Shown: positions 9,625 to 19,135, counted from the first letter of the stretch. The stretch: 64,000 nt of DNA from a bacterium (GCA_037446635.1 JBBIIG010000004.1:100859-164858); one strand, 5' to 3'. Made by a program: numbers and translations. The notes: generated from the letters alone by a model not told the origin.

Positions 9625-10743
9625 TCATAGCTTCCGCGCCACCTCCTCCGCCACTTCCAGCGTGCTGGAATTCCCGCCCATGTCGTACGTTCGCACTTTG
9701 CCTTCTTTGATGACGGTTGCAATGGCTTTCTCCAACCGCTCGGCCATTGAATTTTCTTTTAGCCAATCGAGCATGAGCTTAACCGTCAGCAGCATGGCCA
9801 TGGGATTCACTTTGTACTGTCCCGCGTATTTTGGCGCGGAGCCGTGCGTCGGCTCGAACACCGCGTAATTGTCGCCGATGTTGCCGCTGGACGCAAATCC
9901 CAGTCCACCAACGAGCTGCGCACAGAGGTCGGAGATGATGTCGCCGAACATGTTGGAGGCCACCAGCACGCCGTAGTCCTGCGGGTTCTTGATCAGCCAC
10001 ATGCACATGGCGTCGATGTTCGTTTCCCACAGCTCGATACCGGGATAGTCCTTCGCCACTTTGCGCGCCTCGCGAATGATGAGGCCGCTGGTCTCGCGCA
10101 GCACGTTTGGCTTCTCCACTATCGTCACCGATTTATAGCCGTACTTTTTGGCGTACTCAAATCCCTGCCGCACGATGTTGGCCGAGGCTTTTTTGGTGTT
10201 GAGCCGAACACTGATGGCAATTTCATCGAGAGGCGTTTGCGCGAAACGCTGCATGGCCTTTGAGTGCTTGGCCAAAACATCGCGCACCTCCGCCGGCAGC
10301 GGATGAAACTCGATGCCGCTGTACAAGTCCTCTGTGTTTTCGCGGAAGACCACCAGATCGATGTCATCGCGATAGTTGAGTGGATTGCCGGGATACGCTT
10401 TGCACGGCCGCAGGTTAGTGTGCAGGTTGAACATCTGCCGCAGCTTCACAATCGGACTGGAATAGACGAAGCCTTTGTCCGCCAACGCAGGATCGAGCTC
10501 TTTGGCGGCTTCCTCTTTCGGCTTCGAAGTGATGGCCCCGAACAAGCAGACATCGGTGCTTTTGAGAAGCTGCACCGTGCGGTCGGGCAGCGGATTGCCT
10601 TCGTGCTTCCAAAACTCCCAGCCGATGTCGCCGGGGAGATATTCGGCGTCAAGTTTCAGCGCATCGAGGACGATGCGGGCGGCTTCCATGACATCGTTGC
10701 CAATGCCGTCGCCGGGAAGCCATGCGATTTTGTACTTGGGCAT
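9625..10743 (-). CDS. Isocitrate/isopropylmalate dehydrogenase family protein (NAD(P)-dependent beta-hydroxyacid oxidative decarboxylase)
   Basis: 372 aa; WLPGDGIGNDV ... NLRP ... GSAPKYAGQ motifs of the IDH/IMDH family. Confidence 0.8.
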   Translation of the reverse strand: MPKYKIAWLPGDGIGNDVMEAARIVLDALKLDAEYLPGDIGWEFWKHEGNPLPDRTVQLLKSTDVCLFGAITSKPKEEAAKELDPALADKGFVYSSPIVKLRQMFNLHTNLRPCKAYPGNPLNYRDDIDLVVFRENTEDLYSGIEFHPLPAEVRDVLAKHSKAMQRFAQTPLDEIAISVRLNTKKASANIVRQGFEYAKKYGYKSVTIVEKPNVLRETSGLIIREARKVAKDYPGIELWETNIDAMCMWLIKNPQDYGVLVASNMFGDIISDLCAQLVGGLGFASSGNIGDNYAVFEPTHGSAPKYAGQYKVNPMAMLLTVKLMLDWLKENSMAERLEKAIATVIKEGKVRTYDMGGNSSTLEVAEEVARKL

Positions 10744-10759
10744 AGGTTTCTCTTTCTCT

Positions 10760-10990
10760 TTAGATTTGTTTCAACAGATCGTTAAATTCATCAATTGTCA
10801 AATCCGCGTCGCGAATAATTCCGCGCTGCGTCCCTTTGGGAAGATCTTGATTGCCATGACACGGAACCACCACAATTCTTTGGCCATTGTCCAATATTGC
10901 ATGACTACCTTTCCATCTCTTGACCGCGAACCCAACTTTCTTCAAAACCTTGACAACGTCGTTCCCCTTCGCGGGAATCATCTTACTCAT
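10760..10990 (-). CDS. hicA: HicA family toxin (mRNA interferase)
   Basis: 76 aa YcfA/HicA-like (VLKKVGFAVKRWKGSHAIL); immediately downstream of hicB with a 4-nt overlap. Confidence 0.7.
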   Translation of the reverse strand: MSKMIPAKGNDVVKVLKKVGFAVKRWKGSHAILDNGQRIVVVPCHGNQDLPKGTQRGIIRDADLTIDEFNDLLKQI

Positions 10991-11190
10991 ATTTCGATTT
11001 CGATGGATTCGCCAACTTTTCGGTAGTCATTGATACGAAGATTCAAAACCTCCAAATAGCCTGCAATCGCTTCTTTGATGTTATTGATGGCTTCCTCTTT
11101 GTTGTTGCCCCATGAATGACATCCCGGCAACGCGGGCACGTGCGCGGAAACACGTCCATCATCTTCCTTTTCTAAAATGATTTCGTATTT
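10987..11190 (-). CDS. hicB: HicB family antitoxin
   Basis: MKYEIILEKEDDGRVSAHVPALPGCHSWGNNKEEAINNIKEAI is the UPF0150/HicB fold motif. The longer raw ORF carries an N-terminal extension that is probably spurious. Confidence 0.65.
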   Translation of the reverse strand, partial: KYEIILEKEDDGRVSAHVPALPGCHSWGNNKEEAINNIKEAIAGYLEVLNLRINDYRKVGESIEIEI

Positions 11191-11334
11191 CATCGATTTT
11201 ACTCCTGACTTAACTGACTTTCGTCGATTATCGCTTTTGATAATTTGGTAAGTAATCACGCCGAGGCCAATCATAAAAATCACAAAAGCGGTCACCGGAA
11301 ACCAAACCATTTTATAGTGCCTCCAATGGAGAGA

Positions 11335-11571
11335 TCATGATTGTACCAAGTCCGTTGGACATAAGCATGGCTTACATAACTTTCTTTGCCTTCTTTCTCC
11401 TTTTAGTTTTGGAAAAACTGAAACCAATGCACGAAGGGCGGAATTTACGCTCTCTGAGTCAGGAAAGAATTCGACTAAATCAGGTTCAATCACGACAATG
11501 TTGGTGCCCTCCGCATATTTCTTCGCATATTTATTGGGGCGAGCTTTTGAAAAATCATATTCTTTTCTCAT
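11335..11571 (-). CDS. brnA: BrnA-like antitoxin (DUF4415)
   Basis: MRKEYDFSKARPNKYAKKY...VVIEPDLVEFFPDSESVNSALRAL matches the BrnA/DUF4415 pattern; located immediately downstream of brnT. Confidence 0.6.
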   Translation of the reverse strand: MRKEYDFSKARPNKYAKKYAEGTNIVVIEPDLVEFFPDSESVNSALRALVSVFPKLKGERRQRKLCKPCLCPTDLVQS

Positions 11572-11586
11572 TCTATACCTCGAGAT

Positions 11587-11870
<284 letters not shown>

Positions 11871-11893
11871 TGAGTTCCCTTTGGCCGCTCCCT

Positions 11894-12430
11894 CTATTTC
11901 ACCAAATCAAAATCAATAAAATCCGCGTGGTGCAAAATAATCGCTTCGGGCGAGCGTTTGAAGTGATCGCCTTCTTTGGAGTGCACTGCCACGATGTGCA
12001 TCACCTCTTCCGGGATGTTGTATTTGAAGCAGAGTCCCACGCCGCTGAACGGATGTCGCAGGTACTGGCCGTGCTTGCTCTTGACGATCTTCCCATCTTT
12101 TTTGTCATACTCGTATAACTTGCCAACATCCGCCAGCAGCGCGCCAGCCACAAGGTGATCGCGGTTCACCGGCGTTTTGCGAGCGCCATAGGCCTCGGAC
12201 AAAACTTGGTCGCAGGCCACGCACATCTGACACACCACGCGCACGTGTTCGAGAAACGTGATCTTCACATTTTCCGCCAAAAGCGTGAACGGAATTTTCG
12301 CCAGTTCTTCCGCAGTCCAATTGCGATACTCCATCGCTTCTTTCCAAACTGCGATCGTGTTTTCGCGCAGTTGCGAATCCTGAATCAAATTGAACTCCGG
12401 AATCATCTTGGTCAATTCATCTTTGGTCAT
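11894..12430 (-). CDS. HD domain-containing protein (metal-dependent phosphohydrolase-like)
   Basis: 178 aa with His/Asp-rich HD-type motifs (HVRVVCQMCVACD..., HSKEGDHF, ILHHADFIDFD). Confidence 0.55.
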   Translation of the reverse strand: MTKDELTKMIPEFNLIQDSQLRENTIAVWKEAMEYRNWTAEELAKIPFTLLAENVKITFLEHVRVVCQMCVACDQVLSEAYGARKTPVNRDHLVAGALLADVGKLYEYDKKDGKIVKSKHGQYLRHPFSGVGLCFKYNIPEEVMHIVAVHSKEGDHFKRSPEAIILHHADFIDFDLVK

Positions 12431-12473
12431 ATCATTCCTCTGTCATTTTGTAATGAAGTCTTAGTTGGTCAGA

Positions 12474-12565
12474 ACGTGGAGTAATGGATTGATAGATTAG
12501 TGGATCAGTAATTTCAGTACTCCAGAACTCCATTAATCCATTGATCCATTAATCCACTTTATCCA
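12474..12565. repeat. Family A composite hairpin repeat (8-bp units with a TGGA core, then units with a TCCA core)
   Basis: Left arm gtggagta atggattg atagatta gtggatca ... ; right arm agtactcc agaactcc attaatcc attgatcc attaatcc. Confidence 0.55.
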
Positions 12566-12600
12566 ACTATGTCTGTCCTTTCCCAAAAGAATAGTTCAGA

Positions 12601-13425
12601 TTACAAGCTCCGGTCCGGCGGCCCATCATATTCTTGATTAGTGGGATCGATGACTCGCATCGGTTTGTAGCGTGTCTGTTCTTCAAACACGTGCGCCACC
12701 AGTCCGGGCGTGCGGGCAATCATAAAAAATGCATTGGCGAGTTTAGGCGAAAATTCCAGTTGACACAAAATAGCCGCGATGGCGCCGTCAACATTGATGG
12801 GCAGCGTTTTACCGGAATCTTGTTTCAAAGCTGTTTCAATGGCTTTCGCAATGGCGATGAACGTATCGCCGATTGCCCATTCTTCGCACAGTTGGAACAA
12901 CTTCGTCGTGCGCGGATCCTTTGTGTGCAGCCGATGTCCGAATCCCGAAATGCGACGTCCGGTTTCACGATACTCCTGCACGATCGTTTCCGCGGCTTTA
13001 TCAACCGAAAGCTGCTTCGACTTGCGGATTTCCTCGGTCTGCAGCAGCACCCCCATGCAGTCCTCGATGGCGCCGCCGTGAAAGCGCGAGATGGCGAGAA
13101 TACCGCCGGCCACCGCGGCATTGAGCGGCGCGCCCGTCGAGGCTACCGTGATCGCCGCCAACGCCGAGGGCGGCGTGGCGCCGTGATCGATGGACGACAC
13201 CAAAATCGCCTCGATTAGTTTGCCGACGTTTTCGGACGGCAGTTCTCCCTTCAGCGCCAAATATACCGCCTGCCCAAAAGAAATTTTTCCCATCAATTCG
13301 TCAAGCCGATACCCGCGCAGCCGCACTTCATTCGGCTTGACTTTCGAGATGGCGGTTTTCCAGCGTGTTTCTTCCATAGTCCTACCCTCTGCTTGGTTTT
13401 GTGACAGAGGTGTTGTCGGGCGCAA
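12601..13425 (-). CDS. Citrate synthase-family short protein, citryl-CoA lyase-like
   Basis: 274 aa; carries only the citrate-synthase C-terminal catalytic region (SGFGHRLHTKDPR, ...ARTPGLVAH...) and lacks the N-terminal CS domain. Confidence 0.65.
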   Translation of the reverse strand: MRPTTPLSQNQAEGRTMEETRWKTAISKVKPNEVRLRGYRLDELMGKISFGQAVYLALKGELPSENVGKLIEAILVSSIDHGATPPSALAAITVASTGAPLNAAVAGGILAISRFHGGAIEDCMGVLLQTEEIRKSKQLSVDKAAETIVQEYRETGRRISGFGHRLHTKDPRTTKLFQLCEEWAIGDTFIAIAKAIETALKQDSGKTLPINVDGAIAAILCQLEFSPKLANAFFMIARTPGLVAHVFEEQTRYKPMRVIDPTNQEYDGPPDRSL

Positions 13426-13426
13426 A

Positions 13427-13512
13427 GGTATAGGGTATAAGGTATAAGGTATAAGTGAAGGCGCGTTAACTACCTTATTCCCTTATACCCTTATACCCTA
13501 TACCCCCTTACC
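13427..13512. repeat. Composite hairpin of ggtataa units followed by ttatacc units
   Basis: aaggtatagggtataaggtataaggtataag-tgaaggcgcgttaacta-ccttattcccttatacccttataccctatacc; spans the stop of the upstream SucD-like gene and the start of the downstream lyase-like gene. Confidence 0.55.
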
Positions 13513-14403
13513 CGTCAGCACCTCCCCAGTCACTTTCGGAATATCATCGAACCGCTCAACGATATGCGCCCCCACTTCCCGCAGCCGCTTCACTTTACTT
13601 TCATGCGTGCCGCGATTGCCCTCGACGATGGCGCCGGCGTGCGAAAAACGCGTGCCCGACTTCGCCGCGGCACCGCCAATATAAGCAATCAGCGGTTTTG
13701 TGAAAAGTCCTTTTTCGATGAGATCGGCCACCCGTTCTTCCTGCGAGCCGCCGATCTCTCCGAACATGACAACAGCCTTCGTGTCGGGATCATTTTCGAA
13801 TAATTGCGCCACGTCCGGGTGCGGCGTGCCCACTATCACGTCGCCGCCCACGTGCACGATGGTGCTGAGTCCGATGCCGCTTTTGCTGAGATAATATGCA
13901 ATCGACGAGGTGATGCCGCCGCTGCGCGAGGTGACGCCGACGTTGCCCTTTTTGAACCACGCTTTCGCCGAGGCTGCGCGACCGCCCATCATTCCGAGCA
14001 CGCCTTTATCGACGCTGAGCAGTCCGAGGGTGTTGGGACCGACATAGCGCGCGCCGGCCTTTTTGGCAGCGTGCTCGATTTCGAGGACGTCGTAAATGGG
14101 CACGCGGTCCGGCACCAGCACCAGCAGTTTGATGCCGGCATCGATGGCTTCGAGGGCAGCGTTTTTCACCAGCGGCGCGGGAATGAAAATCACGGAGGCG
14201 TCAATCTGCCCGCACTTCTCCACGGCTTCTTTCACCGTGTCATAAACCGGCACACCCAACACATCCTGTCCACCGCGGCCCGGCGTGACGCCCGCCACGA
14301 CTTTCGTACCGTACTCCATCATCAGTTTGGTGCGCGCCATGCCTTCGCGGCCGGTGATGCCCTGCACGACGACGCGCGTGGTTTCGTTGACTAAGATGGA
14401 CAT
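13498..14403 (-). CDS. Succinyl-CoA synthetase alpha-like CoA-binding subunit (citryl-CoA synthetase small subunit-like)
   Basis: 301 aa; CoA-binding Rossmann N-terminus (VVVQGITGREG) and the phosphohistidine loop SGTRFSHAGAIVEG. Confidence 0.75.
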   Translation of the reverse strand: MSILVNETTRVVVQGITGREGMARTKLMMEYGTKVVAGVTPGRGGQDVLGVPVYDTVKEAVEKCGQIDASVIFIPAPLVKNAALEAIDAGIKLLVLVPDRVPIYDVLEIEHAAKKAGARYVGPNTLGLLSVDKGVLGMMGGRAASAKAWFKKGNVGVTSRSGGITSSIAYYLSKSGIGLSTIVHVGGDVIVGTPHPDVAQLFENDPDTKAVVMFGEIGGSQEERVADLIEKGLFTKPLIAYIGGAAAKSGTRFSHAGAIVEGNRGTHESKVKRLREVGAHIVERFDDIPKVTGEVLTGKGV

Positions 14404-14469
14404 AACCTAAATAACTCACAAGTTTTGAAATCCGACAACTTCGATGTTAATGAAGCTCTGTTGTTTAGA

Positions 14470-14553
14470 ATGTGGAGTAATGGAGTTTTGGATTAATGGA
14501 TCAATGACGAAAAAACTGCATTAATCCATTGATCCATCAATCCACTAATCCAT
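14470..14553. repeat. Family A composite hairpin repeat
   Basis: gtggagtaatggagttttggattaatggatcaatg ... cattaatccattgatccatcaatccactaatccat. Confidence 0.55.
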
Positions 14554-14583
14554 TTGCCTCAGTGTCCTTTAAGTCGTCCTGAG

Positions 14584-14991
14584 TTATCTCCGGTACGGTA
14601 ACAACTTTAATCCACTAATAAAATCATAATCGCGCCGATTCTTTGAAACAAAGGATAGATTCAAAGTCATTGCGGTTGCGGCAATCAAAGCGTCAGGTAT
14701 TGCTAATCCGTGACTCAATCGGTACTTGCGCAACAAATTGATCGCTTCGTCCGAGATTGACTCGGTAATTTTGAGGACCTGAAATCTTTTCAGAAAACGA
14801 TTTGTGTGTTGCAGCTCAGTTTTGTTTCGACAACCAACAATCAACTCCATTTCCGTTACAACACTGGCAGCCAGTTTTGATTCTTTCTCCGCTTCGTTCA
14901 AATAGTCAACAGCATCTTTGATTTTTCTTGCCGCATCAATCAGGATATCAGTATCAATAACAGTCAATTCATTCATCAACTGCGCTCCCAT
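14584..14991 (-). CDS. vapC: PIN domain toxin (VapC-like)
   Basis: 135 aa; the IDTDILID start and conserved acidic residues indicate a PIN domain. Confidence 0.7.
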   Translation of the reverse strand: MGAQLMNELTVIDTDILIDAARKIKDAVDYLNEAEKESKLAASVVTEMELIVGCRNKTELQHTNRFLKRFQVLKITESISDEAINLLRKYRLSHGLAIPDALIAATAMTLNLSFVSKNRRDYDFISGLKLLPYRR

Positions 14992-15215
14992 TCACGGCGC
15001 CGTAAGTTGCGCACCCATTCGGTGCTGTCCTTCATGTCCTCCCTATCCCGCCACATGCCGATGAATGGCTCGTCGCGTAATCGTGTCGGCTTGGTCTTCT
15101 TACTTGCTCTTTCTATTTGGTAGCGACTCTTCAAAAAAGCAACAAAATCCCTGACCTGCTTTTGCGCGTCAGGCGGTAAGGAAGCTATGTCTTCTATTAT
15201 TCTTGCTACTTCCAT
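14976..15215 (-). CDS. vapB: VapB-like antitoxin (DUF2281-like)
   Basis: The internal start MEVARIIEDIASLPPDAQKQVRDFVAFLKSRY gives an ~80 aa protein; the longer raw ORF overlaps the upstream ATP-grasp gene. Confidence 0.5.
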   Translation of the reverse strand: MEVARIIEDIASLPPDAQKQVRDFVAFLKSRYQIERASKKTKPTRLRDEPFIGMWRDREDMKDSTEWVRNLRRREWERS

Positions 15216-15216
15216 T

Positions 15217-16818
15217 TCAACCTCTTCGTTTAAAACTTCGTGTGCTTCGTGCCCTTCGTGGTTTTGCTCTTTTCTTAGTGGAACGCGTCCTTTCATTTCC
15301 ATCCAGCCCCGCAATCGGCAAATCGATATACGCCCCTTTGTTGCCGTGAAAGATGCATTCAATCTCGCACGCCAAACATTCGATGCACTTGCCGGCTTTT
15401 GCTTCTTCGCGGGTGATGGCCAGCACCGGCACATCTTTTTCCAATTTCAGAATTTCCGGGATGCAGCTCGACACGCAAATCTTGCTTTCGCATTTCAGAC
15501 AGGCGGCGTGATCGTAAGTGATCGAGCCGGTCAGCGTGGCGAATTTGTAAGGCTTCTTCGCTTTGGGTTTTTGAAATTTCTTTTTCGTCCGAGTTGGTTT
15601 ATATGAATCCACCAACGCGCGCAGCCGCTGGGCGCAGAACTCCGCGGAGTCATCTTTTTTGTAACCCTCGACCGGCGCGGGCAAATCTTTGGTGTAATTA
15701 GTGAGAATCTCAACGGCTTTGTCCTCGGCGTTGCCGCCCAAACGAATCACCGCCGGAATAGAAAGATTCTCTTCCCGGAACGCCTTTACCAGTCCGCGCG
15801 CGGAATGAAATTGTTCCTGACTGGCCACGCCCGATCCCGAGCCAAAATAGGCATCGATATTCTTTTGCGAAAGAATGATCTTCGCGGCGCGATAGACTTT
15901 CGACGCCGGGGGATTGCCGCTGGTGTCGGTGAAATTCGCGATTTTGAATCCCTGCCGCGTCACCGCGTCCATCGACATCATCGAGCCGCCGCCGCCCGCG
16001 CCATGAAATCCGATGTAACCCTCGCCCTTTTTGAAATTCTGCTCCATCTGGATGAAATAGAACGTGCCGCGATAATCGTTCTTCTCAACGTTGTAGGCGA
16101 TTTTGTCCAACTCCGTCGGCGGACGATCCAGCTCGCGGGCGATTTCGATGCCCAACTCCGGATGGCGAAACACCGCGTAATCATCCACGGTGATGCGGCA
16201 GTCCGCGGCAACAGGATCGCCATTTTCAACTATCACCAGCGGATTGATTTCCGCGGAACGCGCCTCGTACGTGCGCGCCACGTTCCACAGTTTCACCAGC
16301 ACGTCGGCCAACTTCGCTTGTGTCGCGCCAGTGATGCCAGTTTGGCGAATGAGATTGCGCGCCTGAAATTCTTTGAAGCCCTCGACGATATCGATGCCGG
16401 CTTTCGCGACTTTGTCCGGATGCGCGGCGGCAATTTCCTCGATGCCGGTGCCGCCAATCGCGCTGAAAATGATCACCGGCTGGCGCTCGCGATCATCGAT
16501 GATGATGCCCGTGTAAAATTCCTGTTTGATGCCGAGCTTCTCCTCCACCAGCACCTGATCCACCACAAAATTTTTGACCGCGAGTCCGAAAAGTTTTTTT
16601 GAAAGGCGCTTGGCTTCGGCTGGCGTGCTAGCAAATTGAATCCCGCCGATGCCGGCGCGGCCGGTGGTCCAAACCTGCGCTTTCAGTACGACAGGCTTGC
16701 CAATTTTCGTCGCCGCTTTAAAGACTTCTTCCGGAGTTTTGCACACACTACCGGCGGGCGTCGGTATTTTGGCGTTTCGTAGAAGTTCTTTGCCTTGATA
16801 TTCGTGGAGTCGGGCCAT
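15217..16818 (-). CDS. Succinyl-CoA synthetase beta-like ATP-grasp subunit with a C-terminal 2x[4Fe-4S] ferredoxin-like domain (citryl-CoA synthetase large subunit-like)
   Basis: 533 aa; SucC-like N-terminus MARLHEYQGKELL; the C-terminal ~80 aa carries CLKCESKICVSSC and CIECLACEIEC cysteine clusters. Confidence 0.7.
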   Translation of the reverse strand: MARLHEYQGKELLRNAKIPTPAGSVCKTPEEVFKAATKIGKPVVLKAQVWTTGRAGIGGIQFASTPAEAKRLSKKLFGLAVKNFVVDQVLVEEKLGIKQEFYTGIIIDDRERQPVIIFSAIGGTGIEEIAAAHPDKVAKAGIDIVEGFKEFQARNLIRQTGITGATQAKLADVLVKLWNVARTYEARSAEINPLVIVENGDPVAADCRITVDDYAVFRHPELGIEIARELDRPPTELDKIAYNVEKNDYRGTFYFIQMEQNFKKGEGYIGFHGAGGGGSMMSMDAVTRQGFKIANFTDTSGNPPASKVYRAAKIILSQKNIDAYFGSGSGVASQEQFHSARGLVKAFREENLSIPAVIRLGGNAEDKAVEILTNYTKDLPAPVEGYKKDDSAEFCAQRLRALVDSYKPTRTKKKFQKPKAKKPYKFATLTGSITYDHAACLKCESKICVSSCIPEILKLEKDVPVLAITREEAKAGKCIECLACEIECIFHGNKGAYIDLPIAGLDGNERTRSTKKRAKPRRARSTRSFKRRG

Positions 16819-16874
16819 CCGGGATTTCTCGTTTGGTTTGACGATTATTTCAAATTTAGCTATCTGTGCAAATC

Positions 16875-17447
16875 TTAGACTCTGAGCGTGCCGCGGAACC
16901 CTCTGGCGCCGTAATAAGATTCCGCACCGTTGTGATAGACGAAGACAGTGTTGTAGCGGCGATCACAGAAGAGCGCGCCGCCGAGTTTTCTAATATCAGC
17001 AGGTGTTTTCACCCAGCTCGACGTTTTCGTATCGAACTCTCCAAGTTTCTGCAGCTCCCGATATTGTTCTTCCGTTAAAATCTCAATGCCCATGTCAGCA
17101 GCCATATCCATAGCGCTAGCTTTTGGTTTATGTTCTTTCCTTGACTCCAGCGCTTCACGGTCGTAACAAACACTTCTGCGGCCTTTAGGAGTTTCCGCTG
17201 AACAATCAAAAAAAATGTAGTCGCCCTTTTTATCATAACCAACAACATCCGGTTCACCGCCAGTTCTTTCCATTTCATGGAGCGACCACAGTTTTTCGGG
17301 ATTAGCTTCCAGCTTTGCGTGTACTTTAGCCCATTCAAGACCTTTATGGCGGTTCATGTTTTTCTCAAAACGGGCTTTCAACACTCCGAGTAGATCTTCA
17401 CGTTGTTCTGGCGATAACGCCCTTTTATTGCTATTAAAGTTCTTCAT
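16875..17447 (-). CDS. DUF4256 domain-containing protein
   Basis: 190 aa; MKNFNSNKRALSPEQREDLLGVLKARFEKNMNRHKGLEW...MERTGGEP resembles DUF4256 family members. Confidence 0.45.
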   Translation of the reverse strand: MKNFNSNKRALSPEQREDLLGVLKARFEKNMNRHKGLEWAKVHAKLEANPEKLWSLHEMERTGGEPDVVGYDKKGDYIFFDCSAETPKGRRSVCYDREALESRKEHKPKASAMDMAADMGIEILTEEQYRELQKLGEFDTKTSSWVKTPADIRKLGGALFCDRRYNTVFVYHNGAESYYGARGFRGTLRV

Positions 17448-17455
17448 ACTTTTAG

Positions 17456-18184
17456 TTACCTGTGTTGAATAGGTGTGTTAAGTGTATGAAAATCTGCTTT
17501 TTTCAGAGTAAACTGCGCCGCATCTGAAGCGTCTTCGATTAAATCAATCTCAAATACTTCTTCAAATTTATGATGAATCAAATTCTGCACTTCTTCAAAA
17601 TCGAGTTTCGTCCCTAAAAGCTTTTCCATCGACGTCACCGGCTTGTCACTAATGCCGCAGGGAACGATGTTGCCAAAATATTTCAAGTCCGTGTTGACGT
17701 TGAAAGCAAAGCCGTGCATCGTTACCCAGCGGCTCACCTTCACCCCAATGGCCGCGATTTTAGCGCCATTCACCCACACGCCGGTGAGGCCATCCACTCG
17801 GCCCGCGCGGATGTCGTACTCCGCTAACGTTCGAATAATCACTTCTTCGAGATCGCGCAGAAAGCGGTGGACATCGAGGTAGTAGTTGTGCAAATCCAAA
17901 ATCGGGTAGCCGACAATTTGCCCCGGCCCGTGATAGGTGATGTCGCCGCCGCGGTCGATGCGATAAACACCAATTCCATTTTGTTTGAGAACTCTTTCGT
18001 CCGCGACAAGATGATTCTCTCCGCCCGCTTTGCCGATGGTGTAGCTGTGCGGGTGTTCTGTTAGAATCAGCGTGTCCGGAATTTCTCCGGCGACGCGCTG
18101 TTGGTGCAACTCGCGCTGCCAGTCCCACGCGGTTTGGTAGTCGAGAATTCCAGTTTTGAAAACACGACCGATTTTCATTTTCAA
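17456..18184 (-). CDS. lipB: Lipoyl(octanoyl) transferase
   Basis: 242 aa; LILTEHPHSYTIG...RGGDITYHGPGQIVGYPILDL matches the LipB signature. Confidence 0.85.
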   Translation of the reverse strand: MKMKIGRVFKTGILDYQTAWDWQRELHQQRVAGEIPDTLILTEHPHSYTIGKAGGENHLVADERVLKQNGIGVYRIDRGGDITYHGPGQIVGYPILDLHNYYLDVHRFLRDLEEVIIRTLAEYDIRAGRVDGLTGVWVNGAKIAAIGVKVSRWVTMHGFAFNVNTDLKYFGNIVPCGISDKPVTSMEKLLGTKLDFEEVQNLIHHKFEEVFEIDLIEDASDAAQFTLKKADFHTLNTPIQHR

Positions 18185-18197
18185 AAAACAATCTTTT

Positions 18198-18539
18198 CTA
18201 TGCAGGACGATTTATTCGCAAAAGCTTACGCTTGAGGGTCTTTTGCGTTTTTATTGCGTCATGAATTCTTTTAGCCAGCGCCAGAAAATTTAGATCGAAT
18301 GAACAAACAATAATGCCTTCGTGATCCGTCATCGATCCATGCAATTTAACAAAATGCTTTCGATTAATAGTCAACAAAGCTCTTTGATCTTTGGTGGCCT
18401 CACTGAGAACTTCTTCATCAGGCAACGCTTGTTGGGCTTTTCCGGTCTCTTGAATAGTGATTACATCATGACCCAATCTGCGAAGTTCCTCAACCGCGGG
18501 ATAAGGAAAATTCTCGTTGGCATATAGGCGCGCCATCAT
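18198..18539 (-). CDS. DUF5615 family PIN-like protein (putative toxin partner of DUF433)
   Basis: 113 aa; MMARLYANENFPYPAVEELRRLGHDV... matches the DUF5615 pattern; overlaps the DUF433 gene by 4 nt. Confidence 0.55.
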   Translation of the reverse strand: MMARLYANENFPYPAVEELRRLGHDVITIQETGKAQQALPDEEVLSEATKDQRALLTINRKHFVKLHGSMTDHEGIIVCSFDLNFLALAKRIHDAIKTQKTLKRKLLRINRPA

Positions 18540-18889
18540 GCCTCCTCGTTCTCCCGAATTTGCTGCTCGATCTCATCGCGATGGGCCCGCACATAAGCCC
18601 ATGCGTTGACCAAATCTTCCGCACGAAGCGTCGGATAACTTCTCAGCAATTCTGCCTCGGTTGCGCCAAGTCGCCTCGCTTGCTCAAGCAGCCAGACCGG
18701 AATACGAGTTCGCACAATTCGCGGCTCGCCACCACAAACACCGGGCGTGCTCTCGATACCGGGAAACGAATCGCCTAAATCTTGCACAACCCATTGCAGC
18801 AATTCTGCTTTTTCAGCACGCGTCAGAGTTGACAGCAGTTCTTTTGCTTTTTCAGTGTTGGTCATTTTTAGCCCTGAATGAATGAACAT
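18536..18889 (-). CDS. DUF433 domain-containing protein (putative antitoxin)
   Basis: 117 aa; PGVCGGEPRIVRTRIPVWLL is the DUF433 core. Confidence 0.6.
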   Translation of the reverse strand: MFIHSGLKMTNTEKAKELLSTLTRAEKAELLQWVVQDLGDSFPGIESTPGVCGGEPRIVRTRIPVWLLEQARRLGATEAELLRSYPTLRAEDLVNAWAYVRAHRDEIEQQIRENEEA

Positions 18890-19135
18890 TCACGCCGCTT
18901 CTAAAGAACGGACACTGAACACTTCACTTTCTTTCAGCGGTTCAATTTCGGTCTCCGAGACCGTCACCACAGCAATCGTTTCTCCAAGCGCATTGAATAC
19001 TTCCAATGAGTACCCATCTTCAGTAGTACTCTATGGGTGGTATTCCACAATTGTTGCCACATCCCCCCTCTTCAGTCTCTTTTCGGGGAAGTCCCGAAGC
19101 AAGACAACCTCGCTGAATAATTCGTGCTTCATCAT
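18890..19135 (-). pseudogene. DUF4926-like small protein interrupted by an in-frame TAG
   Basis: Own translation: MMKHELFSEVVLLRDFPEKRLKRGDVATIVEYHP*STTEDGYSLEVFNALGETIAVVTVSETEIEPL; the in-frame amber codon is at 19031-19033. Confidence 0.45.
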
